Below, piece by piece: positions 1 through 8,264 of a DNA stretch of 40,311 nt (position 1 is the first letter of the stretch; each line of letters opens with the position of its first letter). Under the pieces are notes generated by a model. The model was not told the origin of the DNA. It worked only from the letters and a program-made list of their open reading frames with translations, and searched no databases. Position numbers and translations under genes: made by a program. This DNA is from Thermoanaerobaculia bacterium (lineage in GTDB: Bacteria > Acidobacteriota > Thermoanaerobaculia > UBA5066): NCBI GenBank assembly GCA_023717585.1, contig JAMQPJ010000216.1, forward strand, positions 1 to 40,311, written 5' to 3'.

Positions 1-1
1 G

Positions 2-370
2 GTGACCCGGCCCGGCGGCGACTCCCGGCTGGAGCTTCACGCCCTGATCGACCGGGAGAGCCCCTCCCGGGCCTCCGGCAGGCTGTCTCCTGACACCCTG
101 ATCGACGGGGAGTGCCTTGACGATTCCCCGGAGCTGACCGACCTGCTTTCCGTCCCTGAGAAGCCCGATCAGGACGCCCTCGGTTCCATCGCTGACGACC
201 TTGAGGTCGTAGATTCCGGCCTTGAGCACCTGCCCGGACGGCGTTTTGAAGGGTTGCAGGAAGTTGACGCCCGCGACGGCGAACTGGTCGCCTTTGAGGA
301 TCTTGTCGGCCGCGAGAGCGCCGCCTCCGGTGAGGGCGAGAATGGCGAGTACCGTGAGTGTTTTCTTCAT
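2..370 (-). CDS. secreted hypothetical protein, N-terminal part only (runs off window start)
   Basis: Absent from supplied track. Reverse complement from ATG at 370-368 reads MKKTLTVLAILALTGGGALAADKILKGDQFAVAGVNFLQPF..., a typical signal peptide. AGGAG lies 7 nt upstream and the frame stays open to position 2. Confidence 0.5.
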   Translation of the reverse strand, partial: MKKTLTVLAILALTGGGALAADKILKGDQFAVAGVNFLQPFKTPSGQVLKAGIYDLKVVSDGTEGVLIGLLRDGKQVGQLRGIVKALPVDQGVRRQPAGGPGGALPVDQGVKLQPGVAAGPGH

Positions 371-573
371 TGCAGAGCTCCTTTCGTGACGTTTCGAATC
401 TCGTCGGTAAACATCGCTCATGTGGCGGGCGCGCGCAACGCCCCCGCATGGCCCGGGCGCGCCGAAGAGCGGTCTGCAGGCGCCATGCGCGAGAAACGGT
501 GCGCCGAGTCACGCATCACCTTCGCGCGCGAGGGCCTGATGAGAGAGGAGCTGCCCGTCGGGTGCATTGCAGT

Positions 574-1314
574 TCAGGCTCGAGGCTTCGAAGGGCTGAC
601 GCCGAGCCCGCGCCGAAGAGCCGCGAGCGCCCCGAGGAGGAGCGTGACCTCGCGGGCGGTGGGTTTTCCGCGGCGCAGGAATGACTCGATCTCTCCCAGC
701 ACTTCGCGAGAGTGGCCGCGGCCCGGGTAGCCGGCCGAAGAGAGGACTTCTTTGAAAGAGAGGAGGAGACGCCGGACCTCCTTCGAGGCTGCCGTCTGCT
801 CTTCGGGTTTCGGTGTTCCGCGCCTTCGGCGCGGGGATTCTTCGAATGGGAAGAGATTCGAGAGAGAGATTGCGACGGACTGGGCGACGTTCAGCGTCGG
901 AAATCCGGCGCTGGTCTCGATGCGGAGGCGCGCGTCGCACATTCTCAGCTCTTCCGTCGTGAGTCCCCCGCGCTCCGGTCCGAACACGAGCGCCACGCGG
1001 CGGCGGGCGAGGAGGAAAGAGGAGATTTCTTCGAATGAGGTGGGAGGCGGCAAGCCGCGCGAGACGCGCCCGCGCAACGACGACAGGGCGATCACGTCGT
1101 CGCCTCGCGCGACGACATCATCCCAGTTCGCGAGGGTCTTCACCCTTCTAAGAAAATCTTCGGCGCCCGACGCGAAAGAGATCGCATCGGGGTGCGCCGG
1201 ATCGGTGCGCGGTCCGAGCAAAGAAATCTCCGCTCCGAAATTCTTCGCCGCGCGCGCCGCCGCGCCGATGTTGCCCGGGTTGTGGGTCCTGACGAGGACG
1301 ACGAGGACGGGCAT
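574..1314 (-). CDS. trmJ: SpoU/TrmH-family RNA 2'-O-methyltransferase (TrmJ-like)
   Basis: Internal Met (1314) of ORF 574..1776. VLVRTHNPGNIGAAARAAKNFG and LVFGPERGGLT...LNVAQSVAI match SPOUT methyltransferase motifs. About 246 aa fits TrmJ. Confidence 0.75.
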   Translation of the reverse strand: MPVLVVLVRTHNPGNIGAAARAAKNFGAEISLLGPRTDPAHPDAISFASGAEDFLRRVKTLANWDDVVARGDDVIALSSLRGRVSRGLPPPTSFEEISSFLLARRRVALVFGPERGGLTTEELRMCDARLRIETSAGFPTLNVAQSVAISLSNLFPFEESPRRRRGTPKPEEQTAASKEVRRLLLSFKEVLSSAGYPGRGHSREVLGEIESFLRRGKPTAREVTLLLGALAALRRGLGVSPSKPRA

Positions 1315-1344
1315 GCGGGGCGATCTTGGGTCAGAATCCGTCCC

Positions 1345-1548
1345 ATGTCGAAGGGACGATCCGAGGACGAGCAGAAGGCCGTCGAGACGATCCTGTGGGC
1401 GCTGGGCCACAAGCTCCAACGCCTGCGGGACGAGTACACGATGAAGGTCCGGCGGGGCGAGGAGCCCGCGGGTATCGAGAAGGGCTTCGACCTCGCGTTG
1501 CGCGAGGTGAACGACCTCCTCCCGCGCCGCAAGCGGCTGAAGGGATAG
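1345..1548 (+). CDS. small hypothetical protein (67 aa)
   Basis: ATG 1345 inside ORF 1192..1548. Charged helical sequence MSKGRSEDEQKAVETILWALGHKLQRLRDEY..., ending 10 nt before the next gene. No family recognised. Confidence 0.4.
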   Translation: MSKGRSEDEQKAVETILWALGHKLQRLRDEYTMKVRRGEEPAGIEKGFDLALREVNDLLPRRKRLKG

Positions 1549-1558
1549 GAAGAGGCCC

Positions 1559-2806
1559 ATGCTCAAGCCCGTCGAGCTCGAGATCGAGCTCTTCTGTCTC
1601 GGAATGCGCGTCGACGAGTCCTGCCGCGTGGACGAGGACGGGCGCCGCATCTCGCGCACGCGCGCCGGTCTCGGCTCGGGCCTCGAGCTCGTCCTGCCGT
1701 CCCCGAAAAAGAAGATCTGGATCAACGTCCCGGTCGTCGAGCCGTTCGCGGCGAAGTCGCCCTTCCTCCTCGTCAAGAGCGGGAGCGGCTACGCGGTTTC
1801 CGACACGCGAACGGGCGACCACTATCCCGTCGAGGTTCCCAAGGAGCCAGGGTGGTACTCGTGGAAGACGACGTCCGGCACGGAGATGAGCCGCGTCGGC
1901 GTCCTGCAGGGGACGTACCTCGGGATCTACGTCTCGAACGCGTGCCTCTACTGGAACCTGCCCGCCTCACCCGCCTGCGCGTTCTGCACGACGGGCCGCA
2001 ACGTGGGCGAGGCGGAGGAGTCGCGCAAGCTGGTCGAGGACGTCATCGAGGTCGCGAAGGCCGCGCGCGACCATTCCGGCTCGATCTTCACGCACCTGAA
2101 CACGGGCTACCACTTCGAGGACGTCGACAAGCTCGAGTCGCTCCACGGCCTGAGGCAGTGCGAGCCATTCGTCAAGGCGATCCGCGCCGAGGTCGGTGGC
2201 TTCATCGGCGTCCAGGCCGTGCCCGTCCCGCGCCGTAAGTTCAAGGAGTACGACGACCTCATCGCGGCCGGGACGGACCACTTCTCCTTCTGCTACGAGT
2301 TCGAGGACCCTGAGGTCTTCGCGAGCCTCTGCCCCGGCAAGGCTCTGACGGTCGGCCAGCCGGCATTCTTCGAGGCGATGGAGTACACGGCGAAGAAGCT
2401 CGGGCCCGGCAAGGTCTCGGGCGAGATCATCGCGGGCCCCGAGCCGATCGACGCGACGAAGCGCGCCATCGACAGGATCGTCAACGCGGGCGCGTTCCCG
2501 ACCGTGTGCATCTTCCGGCCCACGCTCGGGAGCGCGATGGAGCACATCGACCCGCCGAAGCCGGACGAGATGAAGGAAGTCTTCGCGTATCTCTGGCGGG
2601 CGGTTACCCGCGTGGGCCTTCCGGTCGGGATCCTCCCCGGGATCCAGGTCTCGCTCGTCGTCCAGCCCGAGGAGGCCGCCGAGCTCGTTCCGCAGACTCT
2701 CGGGACGCGCCTTTACGAAACGAAGCTCGCCGCGCTGCGCGCGCTCGCAAGGCCCTATGTCGCATGGAAACGCCGGCCGCGAGGAGGTCGGGCCGCGACC
2801 GTCTGA
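1559..2806 (+). CDS. radical-SAM-like protein with non-canonical C-x10-C-x2-C motif (family uncertain)
   Basis: 415-aa ORF with coding-like composition. Cys triad NACLYWNLPASPACAFC, preceded by a ~100-aa N-terminal domain. Exact family not recognised. Confidence 0.6.
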   Translation: MLKPVELEIELFCLGMRVDESCRVDEDGRRISRTRAGLGSGLELVLPSPKKKIWINVPVVEPFAAKSPFLLVKSGSGYAVSDTRTGDHYPVEVPKEPGWYSWKTTSGTEMSRVGVLQGTYLGIYVSNACLYWNLPASPACAFCTTGRNVGEAEESRKLVEDVIEVAKAARDHSGSIFTHLNTGYHFEDVDKLESLHGLRQCEPFVKAIRAEVGGFIGVQAVPVPRRKFKEYDDLIAAGTDHFSFCYEFEDPEVFASLCPGKALTVGQPAFFEAMEYTAKKLGPGKVSGEIIAGPEPIDATKRAIDRIVNAGAFPTVCIFRPTLGSAMEHIDPPKPDEMKEVFAYLWRAVTRVGLPVGILPGIQVSLVVQPEEAAELVPQTLGTRLYETKLAALRALARPYVAWKRRPRGGRAATV

Positions 2807-2885
2807 AACCGCCGCCCGAGACAAAGATCGTCCTGCAGGCCGTCTACGCGCTCCCTGCGGGCCTCGAACCCTCTTCGGACTCTCG

Positions 2886-4286
2886 TCATGGCGATGTCGC
2901 AGGTTTCGGAGGCGGGAAGCTGCGGGGCGGGCGCGCCGGGCCGCCCACGGACCACCAGTCCACCCGGCGCGTCGCGAGCATGAGGGCGGCAAGCAGGGCG
3001 AAGAGCGCGACGGACCCGAGGAGGAGGGCGTAGTCCTCGAGCCGAAGGAGGACGAAGAGGTAGCCGTAGAGCGCCGCGAGCGCTCCCGCCATGACGACCG
3101 CCCGCGCCTTCACGACGAGCACCCAGGCGCAGTAAGCGCTCACGAGACTCGTCGTCGCAGACGCCCCGGCGAGATAGGCCACGCCGAATCCGACGTGCTC
3201 GGAGAGGGAGACGAGGAGCAGGTAGAAGAGGACGAGCGCGAAGCCGACGAAGAGATACTGGAGAGGGTGGAGGCGCAGGCCGCCGAACGTCTCGAAGAGG
3301 GCAAAGGCGAGAAACGTGAGCCCCACGCAGAGGATCGCGTACTTCAGCGCCCGCGTCGCCTGCTGGTACGCGTCGGCTGGAAGGAAGAGGCGCACCCCGA
3401 ACGCGGACTTCGCCACGGCGTCACCCGGAGCGCCGCGGTCGCCGCGCCAGCGCTGCGGATAGCTGCGTCCGAACGAGGACACCTTCCACCCGGCGTCGAA
3501 GCCCTCCGCGGTCACGGTCCGCCGATCGGGAAGAAACGCCCCGAAGAAGCTCGGGGAGGGCCACGGCGACCTGAGCACCGCCTCCGTCGAGGCTCCGAGC
3601 GGAGTCACGGCGAGCGCCTCGGTGCCCTGGAGGCTCACGGTGAATGCGAATCTGTGCGAAAGGGCGCCGGACGCCTGGAGTCCGGGAAGCGGTGCGTGGA
3701 TGCCGGACGGCGCGAGACACGCGGCGCCCGGTCCGGGCCGAAAGGCCGCGGGCGCCCCATCCCAGAGGAGCCGCACCTCCTCGCGAATGCCGCGCGTGTC
3801 CGAAAGGCCCACGGAGAGAAACGCGTCCTTCCAGTGGACGTCCTCGGGCGGAACTCCGAGCGGGCCGAGATCGGGGGCCGGTATCGTCCCGCTCACGGCG
3901 AGCTCGGTGCGGTAGACCACGACCTCGAAGATGCCGCGCCAGCGGCGTTCCGGCACGAGCCGCCCTTCGATTCTCAGAGTGTCCGGGAGAAACGTCGCCT
4001 GCTCGACGCCCACGCGCGTGCGCTCGCGGACGAGGCCACCGTGGGGAGACCCGGGCGACGCGGCGGGATCGACCCAGGATTCCTTCCGCTCGACGCGGAA
4101 CGGCACGACGACGACGGGTCCGACGAGAGTCTGGGCGGTGGCCCACGTCGAAGCCACCTCCGCGATGGCGGCCGTGCGGCGGGCGGCGCGCTCGTCGATG
4201 ACGCCGCGGATCATCTGCAGCGGCACGAGGAGGAGGACGACGAGGGACAGGACGACGAAAGAGCGGGCGAGGAGGGGGAATCGCAT
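2886..4286 (-). CDS. creD: inner-membrane protein CreD
   Basis: Internal Met (4286) of ORF 2886..5402. N-terminal TM, large periplasmic region, and a C-terminal TM bundle with LKYAILCVGLTFLAFALFE...HPLQYLFVGFALVLFYLLLVSLSEH, characteristic of CreD. 466 aa. Confidence 0.8.
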   Translation of the reverse strand: MRFPLLARSFVVLSLVVLLLVPLQMIRGVIDERAARRTAAIAEVASTWATAQTLVGPVVVVPFRVERKESWVDPAASPGSPHGGLVRERTRVGVEQATFLPDTLRIEGRLVPERRWRGIFEVVVYRTELAVSGTIPAPDLGPLGVPPEDVHWKDAFLSVGLSDTRGIREEVRLLWDGAPAAFRPGPGAACLAPSGIHAPLPGLQASGALSHRFAFTVSLQGTEALAVTPLGASTEAVLRSPWPSPSFFGAFLPDRRTVTAEGFDAGWKVSSFGRSYPQRWRGDRGAPGDAVAKSAFGVRLFLPADAYQQATRALKYAILCVGLTFLAFALFETFGGLRLHPLQYLFVGFALVLFYLLLVSLSEHVGFGVAYLAGASATTSLVSAYCAWVLVVKARAVVMAGALAALYGYLFVLLRLEDYALLLGSVALFALLAALMLATRRVDWWSVGGPARPPRSFPPPKPATSP

Positions 4287-4586
4287 GTGTACTTTGCGAC
4301 GCAAAGTAGATTCCAGACCGCACCGGCCGCCGATGGGGAGAAACCGACCCCTGGGTGCTCCGGATCGGAGAAACGCGCGCGCGACGGAGTCCCTCGGGCG
4401 TCCTTGCCGCCGGGAGTTTTCCCGAAAAAGCGATCTCCTGCTTCTCGTCGACCATGATTCAAACGTACTATTCGGGCGCTTAGTGCGGGTTGACCGGGTC
4501 GAGGAGCGCCTGTGGGATGTATCTTCTGGGGTGTGTTGGAACCTCTTGCATGGGAACCGCGGCCCGAACGCTCGTGAGGTGACGGT

Positions 4587-5003
4587 ATGACCCGGGAACA
4601 GATCGCCCTCGTCCGGAAGAGTTTCGATCGCCTTCGGCCGCTTCCGCGAGGCGCGGGACAGGATTTCTACGAGACGCTGTTCGCGTTGGACCCGTCCCTC
4701 CGCCCGCTCTTCTCCACGGATGTCGAGAATCAGGGAGCGATGTTCGTGGTGGCGCTCGGCCTCGCGCTGAAGGGCCTGGATGCCGATGCCGACGTGGACG
4801 CGTCGCTCCAGGAGCTTGGGCGCCGCCATGTGCTGTACGGCGCCAAGGACATCCACTTCGACACGTTCCGCGAGGCGCTCCTCTGCATGTTCGCGCAGCG
4901 TCTCGGCCCCGACTTCACGCCCGAGATGGCCGAAGCCTGGCGCGCCGCGTTCGACCGCATCAGCGCCGTCATGAAAAAGTCGGCGTCCGACGCCCGGGCG
5001 TAG
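4587..5003 (+). CDS. single-domain globin-family heme protein (sensor-globin-like)
   Basis: 138 aa. FYETLFALDPSLRPLF and LGRRHVLYGA (proximal His context) are typical of bacterial globins. Confidence 0.75.
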   Translation: MTREQIALVRKSFDRLRPLPRGAGQDFYETLFALDPSLRPLFSTDVENQGAMFVVALGLALKGLDADADVDASLQELGRRHVLYGAKDIHFDTFREALLCMFAQRLGPDFTPEMAEAWRAAFDRISAVMKKSASDARA

Positions 5004-5106
5004 GAATCCGCTCCCAGGCGGCTCCTTCCGGTCCCGCGCAAATTCCGGTTGCGAAAAGGCGAATGCGCCGGGTAACCTTCTGAGAACAATTCTCAGGAGG
5101 TACTTC

Positions 5107-6072
5107 ATGAGTCGTGCGCCCCTGCGCGTCCTCGCGACGATCCTCGTCGCCCTTCCCCTCACCGCCGCCGCCGCCGGCCCCGAGCGCGACCGGCCCGTCG
5201 TCGCCGCCCTCGACCCGGAGCGCGACCCGTCTACCGCCGCGCCCTTCATCCTCGAGGGGCAGAGCTGGGTGAGCCAGAAGGAGTTCATCGAAAGCGGCGG
5301 CCGGTGCAGCACGCGGCCCGTGGACGAGGAGGAGGCGCTCCTGATCGAAGAGGAGGTCCAGAGCCTTCTCACCGAGAGGGGCGGCCGTTGGGCGCTCGTC
5401 ACGGGCGGGACCGTGAACGTGTACGTTCACGTCATCAACAAGGGCTCAGGCATCGCGAACGGCGACGTACCGGACTCCCAGGTCGCCGCGCAGATCTCGG
5501 TGTTGAACGCCGCCTATACGGCCTCGGGTTGGCACTTCAATGTCGTGTCGACCGACCGGACGACGAACGCGACGTGGTACACGATGACGCCCGGCTCCAT
5601 GGCGGAACGGAACGCGAAGGCGGCTCTGCGGCGAGGCACGGCCGACGACCTGAACATCTACACGGCAAACATCGGACAGAACCTGCTCGGATGGGCGACG
5701 TTCCCATCGGACTACAAGCGCAGTCCGCTCAACGACGGCGTCGTCGTTCTCTATTCCTCGCTCCCCGGCGGCTCGGCCGCGCCGTACAACCTCGGCGACA
5801 CCGCGACGCACGAGGTCGGCCACTGGATGGGCCTCTACCACACGTTCCAGGGCGGCTGTAACGGCAAGGGCGACTACGTGAACGACACGGCGGCGGAGAA
5901 GTCCCCGGCGTTCGGCTGCCCGAACGGGCGCGACTCCTGCCCGAACAAACCGGGGCAAGACCCGATCACGAACTTCATGGACTACACCGACGACGCGTGC
6001 ATGTTCGAGTTCACCGCGGGCCAGGACGCCCGGATGGACGCCCAGTTCACGGCGTACCGTTTCGGTAAATGA
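5107..6072 (+). CDS. secreted zinc metalloprotease, M43 (pappalysin/ulilysin-like) family
   Basis: Signal peptide MSRAPLRVLATILVALPLTAAAA. Extended zincin motif HEVGHWMGLYHTF, downstream NFMDY Met-turn region and conserved Cys pairs. Confidence 0.85.
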   Translation: MSRAPLRVLATILVALPLTAAAAGPERDRPVVAALDPERDPSTAAPFILEGQSWVSQKEFIESGGRCSTRPVDEEEALLIEEEVQSLLTERGGRWALVTGGTVNVYVHVINKGSGIANGDVPDSQVAAQISVLNAAYTASGWHFNVVSTDRTTNATWYTMTPGSMAERNAKAALRRGTADDLNIYTANIGQNLLGWATFPSDYKRSPLNDGVVVLYSSLPGGSAAPYNLGDTATHEVGHWMGLYHTFQGGCNGKGDYVNDTAAEKSPAFGCPNGRDSCPNKPGQDPITNFMDYTDDACMFEFTAGQDARMDAQFTAYRFGK

Positions 6073-6081
6073 CCTGCATCC

Positions 6082-6106
6082 GGGGGGAGATTCCTAATCT
6101 CCCCCC
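6082..6106. terminator. 11-bp perfect hairpin between convergent genes (GGGGGGAGATT-cct-AATCTCCCCCC)
   Basis: Arms 6082-6092 and 6096-6106, read directly. It overlaps the last codons and stop of the sigma-54 activator. No U-run on either side, so it is not a canonical intrinsic terminator. Confidence 0.35.
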
Positions 6107-8220
6107 GGACCCCCCTCGCGCTCCAGCCCGTACTTCTCGATGCGCGAGTAGAGCTGGGCCCGCGTGAGGCCCAGCAGCTTCGCGGCGCGGCTCTTGTTGA
6201 AGCGGGCCTTTCTGAGCGCCTCCTTCACGTAGTCGCGCTCGAGCGACTCGAGGTCCACGCCTGCGGGCGGCAGGAACGGATTCGTCGAGGCGGTCCCGGC
6301 GGCTGCGGCGCGCGGGGCGGAGCGCGTCGCCGGCGGATCCTGACGGGTGACACCGATGGGGAGATCGGCGGCCGTGATGAGGCCGCCGTCGGAGAGAATG
6401 GCGGCGCGCTCGAGCGCATTCCTGAGCTCGCGGACGTTGCCGGGCCACGGATAGGAGAGGAGAAGGTCCTTCGCCTCGCGCGAGACCCCGGGCACGGAAC
6501 GGCCGACCGCCGGGCCGAGCTCGGCGAGGAACATCTCGGTGAGGGGCAGGATGTCCTCGGGGCGCTCGCGCAGCGGCGGAAGATGGATCCCGAACACGGA
6601 GAGGCGGTAAAAGAGGTCTTCCCGGAACTCGCCCTTCTCGATCGCGCGGGCGAGGTCGCGGTTCGTGGCCGCCACGATGCGCGCGTCGGTCCTGAGCACC
6701 TTCGTCCCGCCCAGCCTCTGAAACTCGCGCTCTTCCAGGACCCGGAGGAGCTTCGCCTGCACGGCCGGGCTCATCTCGCCCGCCTCGTCGAGGAAGAGAG
6801 TGCCTCCCGCGGCCTGCTCGATGCGGCCGGCCTTCGCGGCCGTCGCGCCCGTGAAGGCGCCCTTCTCGTATCCGAACAGCTCGGATTCGAGAAGCTGGTC
6901 GGGCAGGGCCGCGCAGTTGAGCGCGATGAACGCGCCCGCCGCCCGCGCCGAGCTCCGGTGAATCGCGCGCGCGACGACTTCCTTCCCGGTTCCCGATTCG
7001 CCCGTGAGGAGAACGGTGGTCTCCGTGGGCGCGACCTTGGCGGCCTGAACGAGAACGTCGCGCCAGCACTTCGAGGTTCCCACGATCCGTCCGAAGCCGG
7101 CCCGCGAGGCGAGCTCTTCGGAAAGCGCCGCCACGCGCCTCTCGAGGCTCTCGGCCTCTGCCCGCGCCTCGGCGGCGCGGCGCGCCTCGCCCGCGAGCCG
7201 CTCGTGCGAAAGCGCGAGAGCGACCTGGTCCGCGACGTGCTGGGCGAACGGAACGTCGTCTTCGCTGTACGTGTTCGGCTTGCGCGAGAGAAAGAGGAGG
7301 CCGCCCGCGAACTGCCAGTGGCCTTCGAAGAAGATGGGGACGCGGAGGAGGGAACGCACGCCGTCGGCGGAGAGATGCCGGCATCTGTCGGAGTCCTTGT
7401 CGATTTCGGCGGAGACGTCCCGAACGATCTCCGTCGCCCAGTTCTCGCGCGCCTGTTCGGCGCGGGTCAGCCGGATCGGCTCGGCCACGTCCGGGAAATC
7501 GCCCCCCGAGACGGCGTAGACGCGCACCGCCGCGCGATCCTCGGTGAGGAGGCCGAGCGCCATCCGGTCGTGCGGGACGACCGGCCGCGCGATCTCCGAG
7601 ATGCGCTCGAAGACGTCCCGCACGTCGAGGGCCTTCGCGAGCGCGGGAGAGAGGGCCTGCAGGCTTTCGTACTTCCGGCGCCGGGCCTTCTCGTCCGCCG
7701 CGAGGCGCGCGTGCGCGACGGCCATCGCGACGACGTCCGCGATCGGCGTCAGGAGCGCCAGGTCGTCGCCGCAGAAGGCGCGCGGCTTCAGGCTGAGGAG
7801 CGAGAGGTTGCCGATCGTCCGCGCGCCGGCGTGGAGCGGCGCGCGCAGCATGGCGCGGACGCCGGAGTCGAGCAGCCTCCGGTCGCGCGGGAACGTCGGG
7901 TCGCACGCGGTGGCGACGTCGTCGATGACGCCGCCCTTGATGAGGATCTCCCACAGGCCGGTCGAGTACTCGGTGCGGGGCACCATCCGCGCATACGCGC
8001 GGCGCGCTTCGTCGCTGATCTCCGCGCCCCCGATCGAGTAGAGGGCGAGGCCGTCGCCCTCGTCGGTGAGCGTGACGGTCATCGCGTCGAACGTGAGGAC
8101 GCGGCCGGCCGCCGTCGCGATCCGATGGAAGACCTCCGGAAGGTCCAGCGTCTCGCCCGCGACGCGGGCGATCTCGGACAGGACCGGCACGAGGTCGGGC
8201 GGGGCGCCGGAAGTGGACAA
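6094..8220 (-). CDS. sigma-54-dependent transcriptional activator (bEBP) with two N-terminal GAF-like domains and Fis-type HTH
   Basis: AAA+ core with GESGTGKE Walker A, GAFTGA sigma-54 contact loop and TLFLDE Walker B. C-terminal [28 protein letters not shown]. Two ~170-aa GAF-like N-terminal modules. Confidence 0.9.
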   Translation of the reverse strand: MSTSGAPPDLVPVLSEIARVAGETLDLPEVFHRIATAAGRVLTFDAMTVTLTDEGDGLALYSIGGAEISDEARRAYARMVPRTEYSTGLWEILIKGGVIDDVATACDPTFPRDRRLLDSGVRAMLRAPLHAGARTIGNLSLLSLKPRAFCGDDLALLTPIADVVAMAVAHARLAADEKARRRKYESLQALSPALAKALDVRDVFERISEIARPVVPHDRMALGLLTEDRAAVRVYAVSGGDFPDVAEPIRLTRAEQARENWATEIVRDVSAEIDKDSDRCRHLSADGVRSLLRVPIFFEGHWQFAGGLLFLSRKPNTYSEDDVPFAQHVADQVALALSHERLAGEARRAAEARAEAESLERRVAALSEELASRAGFGRIVGTSKCWRDVLVQAAKVAPTETTVLLTGESGTGKEVVARAIHRSSARAAGAFIALNCAALPDQLLESELFGYEKGAFTGATAAKAGRIEQAAGGTLFLDEAGEMSPAVQAKLLRVLEEREFQRLGGTKVLRTDARIVAATNRDLARAIEKGEFREDLFYRLSVFGIHLPPLRERPEDILPLTEMFLAELGPAVGRSVPGVSREAKDLLLSYPWPGNVRELRNALERAAILSDGGLITAADLPIGVTRQDPPATRSAPRAAAAGTASTNPFLPPAGVDLESLERDYVKEALRKARFNKSRAAKLLGLTRAQLYSRIEKYGLEREGGPGGD

Positions 8221-8264
8221 GGGGTCGCCATTCTAGGCCCGCGGCTCGTCTACACTCGGGCCGG

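Noticed and set aside
2-730. 242-aa plus-strand ORF at the window start
   Set aside because: No recognisable features. The opposite strand encodes a clean signal-peptide protein (2-370) and the 3' end of trmJ.
838-1037. 11-mer TTCTTCGAATG recurring at 838-848, 1027-1037 and 26247-26257
   Set aside because: All three are the antisense of (P/S)FEE codons (C/T)CA TTC GAA GAA. A shared tripeptide with common codons explains it, unlike the 20-mer reported in the findings.
4536-4550. TTGGAACCTCTTGCA upstream of the globin gene as a sigma-54 promoter
   Set aside because: The GG and GC elements are 10 nt apart instead of the required 12, so the -24/-12 spacing is wrong.
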